DNA of 40,063 bases. Source: a virus (Duplodnaviria > Caudoviricetes). Both the position numbers and the translations under genes were made by a program. Location of the stretch: the IMG/VR virus record IMGVR_UViG_3300020043_005067, positions 1 to 40,063 of that record, one strand, 5' to 3'. The notes below the pieces were generated by a model that saw only the letters and a list, made by a program, of their open reading frames with translations, had not been told where the DNA came from and did not search any database. Shown here one piece after another: positions 1 to 8,050 of the stretch. Positions within the stretch are counted from its first letter, which is position 1. Each line of letters begins with the position of its first letter.

Positions 1-121
1 TTTGGCTGCCTGAATTGCTTTTCTTGGTCTGTCGTCATTAGGATATTCTTCTTCATAAATATGAAGCACTAATTCAGCACATTGAATAGCAATTAACCTC
101 TTGTCATTATCGGGTAAATCA
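1..121 (-). repeat. Exact inverted copy of 39674-39794
   Basis: Reverse complement of 1-121 (TGATTTACCCGATAATGAC...CAGGCAGCCAAA) is identical to 39674-39794. Confidence 0.95.
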
Positions 122-189
122 ATGAACACAACAGAAGAAAGAATCAAAATCACCAACCGCCAACTGTGGTTAGACCTTTATAAGAAGTC

Positions 190-429
190 ATGATGGAAGA
201 AGAAAAAACATTAGTAAAGAATGGTAGAAATATGTTCGACCCTCTTTCATACATCAATGCAAACATCATGTTGCGACTAAGAATGTTTCCTGATTACCCG
301 CTTATCAGACATATTGAAATGGCTAAGTCTGAAATGGAAAAGACCGGAATTAGATTAGAAGATTATTACAATGCCGGAGTAATAATGAGAAATCAAAATC
401 AACAAATATTAAAAACTATACAGCAATGA
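190..429 (+). CDS. hypothetical phage protein
   Basis: 79-aa ORF; stop overlaps next start (ATGA); may be the 3' part of a frameshifted gene starting at 122. Confidence 0.55.
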   Translation: MMEEEKTLVKNGRNMFDPLSYINANIMLRLRMFPDYPLIRHIEMAKSEMEKTGIRLEDYYNAGVIMRNQNQQILKTIQQ

Positions 430-671
430 AAAACACACCTTACGTAAAACAGTATGATGAAAACGGAATAGCAATTCCGATCACAGGTTATGTTAATCAG
501 TTTCCAAACAGGAAGCAAAGACGTGAACATAAAAACAGACCTGCATTCTTTGGCAATGGGAAAAACTTCCCGCTCACTATTGTGAAGGTAGCCAAATATA
601 AAAGGGTACGTCAAATTGAATTTGACAAAGAGGGAAATAAAAAAATAATTGAACATTACTTAATGCAATAA
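426..671 (+). CDS. hypothetical basic phage protein
   Basis: 81-aa ORF in a tightly coupled + strand operon. Confidence 0.7.
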   Translation: MKNTPYVKQYDENGIAIPITGYVNQFPNRKQRREHKNRPAFFGNGKNFPLTIVKVAKYKRVRQIEFDKEGNKKIIEHYLMQ

Positions 672-675
672 CCAA

Positions 676-804
676 ATGAAAAACACCACCATAGTAACCT
701 TATTCGTAGGTGCATTAATATGCCCTGCGGTACTGATAGTAACCAAGTCAATGTTATGGGCTTGTTCGATAGTAGTTCTAACAAATAAAATGTTAAGCAA
801 ATGA
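676..804 (+). CDS. small hydrophobic (membrane) peptide, 42 aa
   Basis: Read by hand: MKNTTIVTLFVGALICPAVLIVTKSMLWACSIVVLTNKMLSK*; fills the gap, ATGA overlap with 801. Confidence 0.5.
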   Translation: MKNTTIVTLFVGALICPAVLIVTKSMLWACSIVVLTNKMLSK

Positions 805-1058
805 AAAACGGAGATAAGCCAGCAAATCCGATTGTTAATTCAGAAGGTTTTTGCACAGAACTAAATAATATATCTGTCAAAAAAGACGCAACAGGAATGT
901 CTAAACGCGAAATGTTTGCAATGGCTGCAATGCAGGGGTTGTTACCAATCATTCATAGATACAATCCTTCAGACGCAATGGAGCTTCTATGTGCAGACGC
1001 AGTTGAAATGGCCGATGCCCTACTTGCTGAACTTGAAAACACGGAGGTAACAAAATGA
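801..1058 (+). CDS. conserved phage hypothetical protein (GMSKRE..AMAAMQGLL..ADALL family)
   Basis: Widespread small phage early-gene motif GxxxRExFAxxAMQGLL...ADALL. Confidence 0.8.
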   Translation: MKNGDKPANPIVNSEGFCTELNNISVKKDATGMSKREMFAMAAMQGLLPIIHRYNPSDAMELLCADAVEMADALLAELENTEVTK

Positions 1059-1204
1059 TACAGGAAGCATTCAACGCCTATCAGTTTAAGCAGTCAATCA
1101 ACTGGAAACTGTTCTATGATATTATCGCTGCAAAGGCATTAAAGAAACATAACCCCGAACAATGGGAGCAAGTAAAGAAACAGTTAAACAATAAAGGGAA
1201 ATAA
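1055..1204 (+). CDS. hypothetical 49-aa protein
   Basis: Read by hand: MIQEAFNAYQFKQSINWKLFYDII...KGK*; ATGA overlap with the upstream gene. Confidence 0.55.
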   Translation: MIQEAFNAYQFKQSINWKLFYDIIAAKALKKHNPEQWEQVKKQLNNKGK

Positions 1205-1217
1205 ATATATAATCACT

Positions 1218-1724
1218 ATGACAACTAAAGAACAACAAACAATTGACAGCCTATTTAAAGCTGTTCAAGATTTAAGAACGGAAAATGCAAAGTTTCGAGA
1301 GGATATAAAATTACAGGTTGACGCTATTAATAGTAAGACAGAAAAGAAGCATCTTCCTATTTATCTTGAGCAGGATATTTTAAAGTCTGCACAATTAGCA
1401 ATTGATAGTGCAATAAAGAATGTATTGCAGGATAACTACAGTAGCCCACTAAAGAAATTAATAATTTCAGTTGTAGAAGAAAATTCTGCTGAACTACGAT
1501 TTTTAATATCCGATAGTTTTACTCAGGTTATACGTAAGGATGAGTTCAAGGCTTCAATTATAAATGCTTTTAGCCATAAGGTAGCCCGATCCATCATATC
1601 AAATAATGATGGGCTATTCGATAAAGTTTCAAATGAATTAAAGCAGGATGCAATATTTAAGTCAAGAATGGCTCTTGCTGTTTCGAATGTTGTCAATGAG
1701 TGCTTAACAGAAAAATCAAAATGA
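1218..1724 (+). CDS. hypothetical alpha-helical protein
   Basis: 168-aa ORF, A-rich leader, coiled-coil N-terminus. Confidence 0.75.
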   Translation: MTTKEQQTIDSLFKAVQDLRTENAKFREDIKLQVDAINSKTEKKHLPIYLEQDILKSAQLAIDSAIKNVLQDNYSSPLKKLIISVVEENSAELRFLISDSFTQVIRKDEFKASIINAFSHKVARSIISNNDGLFDKVSNELKQDAIFKSRMALAVSNVVNECLTEKSK

Positions 1725-1909
1725 CACAAGCAATAATCATAACCGACCCCTCACACATTGAGTTCATTCGCAAGGCTATCAGGAGCGAGTTTGATAAGGA
1801 CGATTCATCATTCTTTGACTGTTACAGGCTTATCAACATGGCAAGGGAACTTAATCAGTACGACATCGCTCAGGAAATGGAGAAAGATGTTTTGGAATGG
1901 AAGAAATAA
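1721..1909 (+). CDS. hypothetical protein
   Basis: ATG at 1721 overlaps the previous stop (MTQAIII...). Confidence 0.65.
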   Translation: MTQAIIITDPSHIEFIRKAIRSEFDKDDSSFFDCYRLINMARELNQYDIAQEMEKDVLEWKK

Positions 1910-1928
1910 ACTTTAAACATATATAATC

Positions 1929-2276
1929 ATGAAAATTATTAACGCAAGTATTAACCTGTCAAAGATTGACAAGGCAAAAGTAAAAAGCATAGACCCGAAA
2001 ACTGGAAAGCCTTATGCTAATGGCGCAAAGTATTACAACCTGACTGTAATTGTAAAAGATGAAAAAGATCAGTACGGAAATGATGTTGCAATTAAGCAGG
2101 GGCAAACAAAAGAAGAAAGGGATGCAAAGACACCGGAAGTATATCTCGGTAATGGCAGAACTGTTTACGAAACGAAGCCATCAACAAGCCAATCGGTTGA
2201 TCAAAATACAGGTGAGATTTATAACGCTGTTCCGGTGCAGGGTAATAATAATGAAATGGACCAATTGCCTTTCTAA
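1929..2276 (+). CDS. single-stranded DNA-binding-like protein
   Basis: Acidic C-terminal tail ending DQLPF; DQYGN and YLGNG motifs typical of Bacteroidota phage SSB-like proteins; upstream of Sak and exonuclease. Confidence 0.7.
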   Translation: MKIINASINLSKIDKAKVKSIDPKTGKPYANGAKYYNLTVIVKDEKDQYGNDVAIKQGQTKEERDAKTPEVYLGNGRTVYETKPSTSQSVDQNTGEIYNAVPVQGNNNEMDQLPF

Positions 2277-2277
2277 T

Positions 2278-2793
2278 ATGAAGCAGTGTTTCAAGTGTGG
2301 AGTTAGCAAGCCGTTAAGTGAGTTCTATCCTCACAAACAAATGGCAGACGGGCATCTTAATAAATGCAAGGGTTGCACAAAGATTGATATTAAGAACAGG
2401 CATAATACGCTACTGCTAAACGATGAATGGGTAGATTCAGAAAGAGAAAGGCATAGAGAAAAATACTATAGGCTTGGATATAAAGAAAAGCATAAGCCAT
2501 CGAAGGAAAAGAAAAGAGAGATAACAAAAAGGTACGAGATAAAATACCCTGAAAAATACAAAGCACGTTTAGCAACAGTTCATTTATTAAGAAGCGATAT
2601 TAAAAATCACCTTCATCATTGGTCATACAATAAACAACATTTAAAAGATGTAATTGAAATTGATAGCAAACTACATCATAAACTACACAGGTTTTTAAGG
2701 TACGACAGAGAAAAGATGATTTACAGAACAATATTCGGTGAACTACTTGATACCAAAGAAAAGCACATTGCATTTATCGAATCAATAAAATAA
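2278..2793 (+). CDS. zinc-ribbon HNH-like endonuclease
   Basis: CFKC...EFY...CKGC N-terminus; HHWSY...HHKLH C-terminus; true start likely ATG 2278. Confidence 0.7.
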   Translation: MKQCFKCGVSKPLSEFYPHKQMADGHLNKCKGCTKIDIKNRHNTLLLNDEWVDSERERHREKYYRLGYKEKHKPSKEKKREITKRYEIKYPEKYKARLATVHLLRSDIKNHLHHWSYNKQHLKDVIEIDSKLHHKLHRFLRYDREKMIYRTIFGELLDTKEKHIAFIESIK

Positions 2794-2815
2794 AAAAGCC
2801 CTGCGGTAACAGGGC
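2792..2815 (-). terminator. intrinsic terminator on minus strand
   Basis: AAAAAA-GCCCTG-cggtaa-CAGGGC on +, giving a hairpin followed by a U tract on -. Confidence 0.7.
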
Positions 2816-2846
2816 GTGTCAAACTAAAATAATCAAATAATAAAAA

Positions 2847-2879
2847 CAAAGATATGGAAAACAAAGCAATTGCAACAAA
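2847..2879 (-). promoter_or_regulatory. antisense Bacteroidota sigma promoter
   Basis: Minus strand TTTG(2879-2876)-N21-TATCTTTG(2854-2847), a full consensus match. Confidence 0.6.
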
Positions 2880-3501
2880 TGAAAATAAGCTGGCTCTTAT
2901 TAGCCCAGAAGATTTATCGCTCGTTGCTGATAATACCCTTAATGCCTCACAGCTTAAACTTATTTTAAAAAGCACCCCAAAGCAATATGTTAAAACCAGA
3001 CCGGCAAAGGGTGGTGGAGAATGGCGGTACGTAACAGGAGGTTACATTAAGAAGTGCCTGAACCTGATGTTCGGATGGGACTGGGATTTTGAGATAGTTG
3101 ATGAGAAAATAATGTCAAATCAGGTTATAGTTAAAGGTCGTTTAACGTGCAGGGCTAACGGAAAGCAGATTATTAAAATGCAGTTCGGTCATAAGGAAAT
3201 AGTATGCAAGAAAAACACTAACGATCCACTGGATATTGGAAACGACTTTAAAGCTGCTGCAACGGATGCCCTTAAAAAATGTGCTGCTGAGATTGGTATT
3301 GCTGCCGACATATATAATTCTGATGATTTCAGAGAGGTAAATGTTGATGCAACAGAAATTCACGAATCCGACTTACAGGAACTATTCGACATAAAAAAAG
3401 AATCATTGACAGAATCAGAGCGCGAAAGTGCAGAGCGTATCATCTCAAATAAAGAAACTGCATCATATAAAAAACTTTACAAACAACTTCAATCGAAATA
3501 A
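2854..3501 (+). CDS. Rad52/Sak family single-strand annealing protein
   Basis: YVTG...LNLMFGWDWDFEI...GNDFKAAATDALKKCAAEIGIAADIY, the Rad52/22 signature. Confidence 0.88.
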   Translation: MENKAIATNENKLALISPEDLSLVADNTLNASQLKLILKSTPKQYVKTRPAKGGGEWRYVTGGYIKKCLNLMFGWDWDFEIVDEKIMSNQVIVKGRLTCRANGKQIIKMQFGHKEIVCKKNTNDPLDIGNDFKAAATDALKKCAAEIGIAADIYNSDDFREVNVDATEIHESDLQELFDIKKESLTESERESAERIISNKETASYKKLYKQLQSK

Positions 3502-3505
3502 TTCT

Positions 3506-4213
3506 ATGAACCCAATTCGCAACGGACGCTTCACATCTTCTGAAATATATAAACTGATGGGTGCGCCAATACCTAAAAAAACTTATATACAAGAAAAGAA
3601 CTATGAACGACTTCTGGGAAGGAGATTAAATAGTGAAGCGTCCGCGCGACCCACATTATGGGGAAAATTTGTTGAACAACGGGCATTTGATTTATTAGAT
3701 ACCGTTTACAAAATCTGTTCAGACGTAACTATTTCGCACCCTGATATTAATTTTTGGGCTGGGTCGCCTGATCTTATTAAGCACGTTACACATCAATCGG
3801 TTGTTGACATTAAATGTCCGTTCACACTGAAATCATTTTGCGAACTGGTGGCTATTGCAGATAGTGAAACGCTTAAAAAAGTTAAGCCTGAATATTACTG
3901 GCAGTTAGTAAGCAATGCAATACTGACGAACTCCAATCATGCTGAACTGATTGTGTATTGCCCTTACAAATCTGAACTGGATGAGATCAGGGAAATGACG
4001 CAAAACTATGACGGCGATCAGAATAAAATAGCTTGGATTAATTGGGCTTCCGATGATGAACTGCCTTATATAGTTGATGGTGGTTATTATAAAAATATCA
4101 ACGTGCTTTCGTTTGAAGTATCACAGTCTGACAAGGATGCACTCACAGTAGAAGTAATTGAATCCGGTAAAAAGTTAATTACAGTTAATCAGGAAATCGA
4201 AACAATAATTTAA
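3506..4213 (+). CDS. YqaJ-like (lambda-type) exonuclease
   Basis: R.GRFTSSE, WGKFVE, GSPD, DIKCP, YYWQ motifs; adjacent to the annealing protein. Confidence 0.85.
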   Translation: MNPIRNGRFTSSEIYKLMGAPIPKKTYIQEKNYERLLGRRLNSEASARPTLWGKFVEQRAFDLLDTVYKICSDVTISHPDINFWAGSPDLIKHVTHQSVVDIKCPFTLKSFCELVAIADSETLKKVKPEYYWQLVSNAILTNSNHAELIVYCPYKSELDEIREMTQNYDGDQNKIAWINWASDDELPYIVDGGYYKNINVLSFEVSQSDKDALTVEVIESGKKLITVNQEIETII

Positions 4214-4216
4214 CCC

Positions 4217-4558
4217 ATGAACCAACCCACACTATTTGACCAACCGCCCGTAGTTCGTAAGAAAACGAATTACAGTTATGGTACATCCGACATAGCATAC
4301 CACAGCAATAAGGATGGAAAGCAGACTGATGAAGAAAAAGTATTTCACTGGTGCAAAACACTTCCAAATCCTACCATTGGTGAGATAGCGGATAAAACCG
4401 GAATCGTTGATAGTACCGTTGCTGGCAGGATTAACGACTTAATCACTAAGGGACTTGTCCGGTATGATGAAACGATTAAAGATGATGAAGGCAATATCAT
4501 TCACGAGGGCAAGGTAATATATAAAGGCAGTAAAAGAAAAAGGATTGTAATAATTTAA
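4217..4558 (+). CDS. winged helix-turn-helix DNA-binding protein
   Basis: TIGEIADKTGIVDSTVAGRINDLITKGLV. Confidence 0.78.
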   Translation: MNQPTLFDQPPVVRKKTNYSYGTSDIAYHSNKDGKQTDEEKVFHWCKTLPNPTIGEIADKTGIVDSTVAGRINDLITKGLVRYDETIKDDEGNIIHEGKVIYKGSKRKRIVII

Positions 4559-4562
4559 AACT

Positions 4563-4745
4563 ATGACAAACACAGAAGCATTAAGAGCATTTGTAACGGA
4601 CGAAGAATTATTGGAGTGTTTGATATTGTTTGAAGCAAAAAAGATAGATGCTTCCAAGCTACTCGCTTCTTATATGTTTCCTAAGTGGCAAGTAACAACA
4701 TTAGAGGCATTTGGCATACTTACGAATGTTAAAAAAGAAATTTAA
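4563..4745 (+). CDS. hypothetical protein
   Basis: 60-aa ORF in operon. Confidence 0.55.
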   Translation: MTNTEALRAFVTDEELLECLILFEAKKIDASKLLASYMFPKWQVTTLEAFGILTNVKKEI

Positions 4746-4767
4746 AAACGTGTTGTTTTCATTGGTA

Positions 4768-4797
4768 GCCGGTGGCGTGTAATGCGCTGCCGGTTTT
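4768..4797 (+). terminator. possible intrinsic terminator
   Basis: GCCGGTGGCGTG-taa-TGCGCTGCCGGT hairpin with several G-U pairs (favours + strand RNA), then a short T run. Confidence 0.45.
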
Positions 4798-4816
4798 AAA
4801 AAAGGAAAGGGAAAAT

Positions 4817-4996
4817 ATGACAAAGACAAAAACTATAACCAAATACTCATCACACAACTGCAAAAAATGCAATTCAGTGGAAACGGTACTTGTAACTTTA
4901 AAAGTTAAAGGCGACGAATACACAGCCACCGTTAGTAAATGTGGATGCTGTGGCTATCAGTATGGCATAAAAGAGTTATCACAAATAATCAATTAA
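4817..4996 (+). CDS. small zinc-ribbon protein
   Basis: CKKC...CGCC; start at ATG 4817. Confidence 0.65.
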   Translation: MTKTKTITKYSSHNCKKCNSVETVLVTLKVKGDEYTATVSKCGCCGYQYGIKELSQIIN

Positions 4997-5013
4997 CCAT
5001 TAACAAATAAAAC

Positions 5014-5547
5014 ATGAAAGTAAAATCAAAAACTCCTGCAAAGAAAACTGCAAAGAAATCATTCAAAAAGATTTTTGCTGAATCATCTTTATTTAAAGGC
5101 AAAACTGTTAAGAATGGTGTTGTGAAAACTGCAAAATCTCCGTACAAGTTTAAGAAGGGGGACAAGGTTCAAATAATAGTACCACATCATGAAATTAAGC
5201 CAAACGAAGTAATAACAGTTATGGAAAATTCTTTTTATCCTTTATGCAAAACAAAGCGTGGAACTATAGGATTAGATCAAAATTATTTAAAACTTGCCAC
5301 CAAACCCCGCACCGTCCTGACCATCACAACGCCTCACGGCAAGGTTAAGATCGTTAAGACGGATGAGAATCAATTTCACATTCAATCAAAAGCCAATAAC
5401 AATGAGATCGTGCAGCATAGCGAGGTTCTGGAAGCCAAGCAAACAGGCATTGAAAACATTATTGTAATGAGCAAGATTTACGGCAGCCGTGAAATGTCAG
5501 AGGCGGTGAGAAAGTTGATGAGTAAAAACAAACAATCTAAAAAATAA
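5014..5547 (+). CDS. Lys-rich N-terminus + SH3/KOW-like + YegP/DUF1508-like fusion protein
   Basis: KTPAKKTAKK; YKFKKGDKV; QFHIQSKANNNEIVQHSE..EAKQTGIENI resembles DUF1508. Confidence 0.6.
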   Translation: MKVKSKTPAKKTAKKSFKKIFAESSLFKGKTVKNGVVKTAKSPYKFKKGDKVQIIVPHHEIKPNEVITVMENSFYPLCKTKRGTIGLDQNYLKLATKPRTVLTITTPHGKVKIVKTDENQFHIQSKANNNEIVQHSEVLEAKQTGIENIIVMSKIYGSREMSEAVRKLMSKNKQSKK

Positions 5548-5552
5548 TATAT

Positions 5553-5849
5553 ATGAAAACAGGAATTGAATTAATCGCTATTGAGCGACAAGAACAAATC
5601 GAAAAGCATGGCAGAACAATTGAACAAGATATTATAAATAATAGTCAGTTCCAGCTTACAGAAGCTGCATCGTTTTTATGTAATCCAGAAACAGACCCCG
5701 AAGATTATGATATTCAAGAATATCTACCAGTTGGATGGGATTTAGACTTATTTACAAATATATGTCATAAGCCCTATATAGAACGATTAATAATTGCAGG
5801 TGCATTAATAGCAGCAGAAATTGAAAGAATCCAAAGCGTCGACAAATGA
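5553..5849 (+). CDS. conserved phage hypothetical protein
   Basis: IAIERQEQIEKHG...LIIAGALIAAEIERI family motif. Confidence 0.8.
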   Translation: MKTGIELIAIERQEQIEKHGRTIEQDIINNSQFQLTEAASFLCNPETDPEDYDIQEYLPVGWDLDLFTNICHKPYIERLIIAGALIAAEIERIQSVDK

Positions 5850-6091
5850 ATAATACACAGATATATGCAGCAATAAGTCAGATGAGTGAAAAGCCTGATT
5901 ATTGGATTAGTGAACTGGAATCTTTGCCCGAAAGCAAATGGTTTACTAATGTTTACAAGTATGAATTTCTAGAGGTTTTGCATGACACTTCCATCATCTG
6001 CAAACGCATCACGCCCATCTGGAATAACGGATCGTTTGTCGGGAATAAGATTGAGTATTACTGGAATCGGGAAATGAGGTTTGAGGTATGA
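5846..6091 (+). CDS. hypothetical protein
   Basis: ATGA overlaps at both ends. Confidence 0.65.
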   Translation: MNNTQIYAAISQMSEKPDYWISELESLPESKWFTNVYKYEFLEVLHDTSIICKRITPIWNNGSFVGNKIEYYWNREMRFEV

Positions 6092-6882
6092 GGTTGAATC
6101 AGATATATAACGAAAGCAACATTGAAACGATGGCACGTATGCCTAATGAGTTTATTGATTTAGTGGTAACATCCCCACCGTACGATGGACTAAGAACATA
6201 TAATGGTTATTCATTTCCGTTTGAAGATATTGCCAAAGAACTTTATAGAATAACAAAGCAGGGAGGTGTAGTTGTTTGGGTTGTTGCTGATGCTACTGTT
6301 GAAGGGAGTGAAACAGGCACATCATTTAGACAAGCATTACATTTTAAAGAAGTTGGGTTTTATTTACACGACACTATGATTTATGCAAAACAAAATCCAA
6401 TACCATTAACGCATAACCGATATGAACAACAGTTTGAATATATGTTTGTATTAAGCAAGAGTAATCCCAAAACATTTAACGGGATAAAAGAGAAATCAAA
6501 ATATGGGGGAGAAATGGCAAGTCTAACAAGGTCTTTTTATAAAACCAATACAGAGAATGAGCCGACACTACAAAACAAAAGAGATTTTATCAGCGATAAA
6601 AAATTGAGAAATAACATTTGGTATTACATTGTAGGAAGCACACAAACAGGAAAGATAAAACACCCTGCTGTATTTCCAGAACAGCTTGCAGCAGATCATA
6701 TTTATAGTTGGAGCAATGAAGGTGATTTAGTTTATGATCCATTTGGCGGCTCAGGGACGACAGCAAAGATGGCACATATCCATAACCGGAATTGGATTCT
6801 ATCTGAAATCAGCGAAGAATACTGCAAGCTGGCAGAAAAAAGATTAAAGCCATACCTAACACAAATCAGTCTATTCCAATAA
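6088..6882 (+). CDS. orphan beta-class amino DNA methyltransferase (N4-cytosine/N6-adenine)
   Basis: Motif IV TSPPY near N-terminus; HPAVFP; motif I DPFGGSGTT near C-terminus. Confidence 0.93.
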   Translation: MRLNQIYNESNIETMARMPNEFIDLVVTSPPYDGLRTYNGYSFPFEDIAKELYRITKQGGVVVWVVADATVEGSETGTSFRQALHFKEVGFYLHDTMIYAKQNPIPLTHNRYEQQFEYMFVLSKSNPKTFNGIKEKSKYGGEMASLTRSFYKTNTENEPTLQNKRDFISDKKLRNNIWYYIVGSTQTGKIKHPAVFPEQLAADHIYSWSNEGDLVYDPFGGSGTTAKMAHIHNRNWILSEISEEYCKLAEKRLKPYLTQISLFQ

Positions 6883-6929
6883 CTGTTAATAAAATCTAAA
6901 AATCCACCGAAATGATAGGAAAAAGTGAG

Positions 6930-6937
6930 TATATTTG
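6930..6937 (+). promoter_or_regulatory. Bacteroidota -7 promoter element for the replication operon
   Basis: TATATTTG in intergenic DNA. Confidence 0.7.
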
Positions 6938-6966
6938 TGCCGTTAGCGACGCAATTATTTTAAAAA

Positions 6967-7113
6967 ATGAACCTACTAAGAAATACAAGGATGGGGTACA
7001 TACTTCGGTATGGTCTAATTGCGTCGCTGCTATTGGTTCAACCCCATCCCCTTTATTATTTACATCTAAAAGCAGCGACTAATGGCAAAAGATCCGGCAT
7101 TCTTATTTTATAG
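6967..7113 (+). CDS. putative 48-aa leader peptide spanning the structured RNA
   Basis: Read by hand: MNLLRNTRMGYILRYGLIASLLLVQPHPLYYLHLKAATNGKRSGILIL*; A-rich leader; overlaps initiator start out of frame. Confidence 0.35.
   Translation: MNLLRNTRMGYILRYGLIASLLLVQPHPLYYLHLKAATNGKRSGILIL
6989..7049 (+). ncRNA. putative c4/CI-like structured antisense RNA
   Basis: Closing stem GGATGGGGT/ACCCCATCC; CATAC-TTCG-GTATG hairpin; segment 7016-7031 complementary to 6945-6957 and 7071-7079. Confidence 0.6.
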
Positions 7114-8050
7114 TTCCGACTTCCTGAGCGGAACTCTTACAATGTCATTTGCCGATAAAGGGCAATACATAACGATATTATGTGCACTTCACCAAAACGG
7201 CAGATTGACGTTAGATGAAATGAAAATCGTTTGCAATAATAATCCAGTTTCCGAAAAGGTACTTGCAAAGTTTAAACAGGATGAAACCGGAGCCTATTTT
7301 AACGAAAGGCTTGATGAAGAAATTAATAAGAGAAAACGCTTTACTGAAAGCAGAAGAAACAGTCTCAATATTAACAATGACGACCAAGTTCATATTTACC
7401 TTTTGTTTAATCCAGTAACGGGTTTTTATAAAATCGGAAGCAGCAAATATCCACAATTAAGACTTACCGAAGTCCAAAAGAAAATCCCGACAGCGCAACT
7501 TTTCTGGAAAAGCGAAATTCTGGTTAATAGGTCGAACGAAAAAAAATTGCACGATGAATTTCAGGCAAAACGAAAATCTTATGATTGGTTTTCATTAACA
7601 GAAAATGACCTTAATAAAATCATAAACAATACAGAATTAAAACCTCGTACGGAAACCCGTACGGAAAATGAAAATAGAAATGGAAATAGTAATAGTAATG
7701 AAAAGGATAAAAGGGGTGTGGGGAAAAAAGGAAAAGCTTTCGTACCGCCAACCCTGCATGAGTTCACCAATTACTTTTTAGAAAACGAATTTGATGCTGA
7801 TCTGGCTAAACGTGCATGGACCGGCTATGCAGAAAACAACTGGCACGATTCACACGACAACCCGATACGTAACTGGAAAACGAAGGCACAACAAATCTGG
7901 TTTAAAAAAGAAAACAAAACAAATGGCAACAGAAATACAAGTTCAGCAACAGGATCAACTAATAGTACTGGAAGCGAAAAAGCTGGAAGGGCAACAGTTG
8001 ACGCACTTGACGCTTTTAAAAACCAAAGAAGTATGCCGGGAAGTGTCTAA
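7082..8050 (+). CDS. replication initiator (DUF1376/YdaU-like N-terminus) with internal T5orf172/GIY-YIG domain
   Basis: DPAFLFYSSDF..KGQYITIL; IYLL..YKIGSSK.P..RL..EKKLH.EF..KR...DWF; C-terminal FVPPT..Y..NNW..NWK. Confidence 0.78.
   Translation: MAKDPAFLFYSSDFLSGTLTMSFADKGQYITILCALHQNGRLTLDEMKIVCNNNPVSEKVLAKFKQDETGAYFNERLDEEINKRKRFTESRRNSLNINNDDQVHIYLLFNPVTGFYKIGSSKYPQLRLTEVQKKIPTAQLFWKSEILVNRSNEKKLHDEFQAKRKSYDWFSLTENDLNKIINNTELKPRTETRTENENRNGNSNSNEKDKRGVGKKGKAFVPPTLHEFTNYFLENEFDADLAKRAWTGYAENNWHDSHDNPIRNWKTKAQQIWFKKENKTNGNRNTSSATGSTNSTGSEKAGRATVDALDAFKNQRSMPGSV
7646..7700 (+). repeat. candidate origin: CGTACGGAAA x2 followed by A-rich hexamer-like repeats
   Basis: Copies at 7646-7655 and 7658-7667 inside the initiator linker, followed by GAAAAT/GAAAT/AGTAAT repeats. 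Confidence 0.4.

Noticed and set aside
2059-2277. N-terminal extensions given by the ORF track (also 3428, 7791, 12963, 25768, 26897, 29204)
   Set aside because: They overlap upstream genes, promoters or terminators; downstream ATGs fit motif starts and leaders better
6088-6882. Restriction-modification system
   Set aside because: No adjacent restriction endonuclease; typical orphan phage methyltransferase
6989-7049. tRNA (GGTTCAA resembles a T-loop)
   Set aside because: Too short, with no anticodon arm or complete T stem; better explained as the antisense RNA
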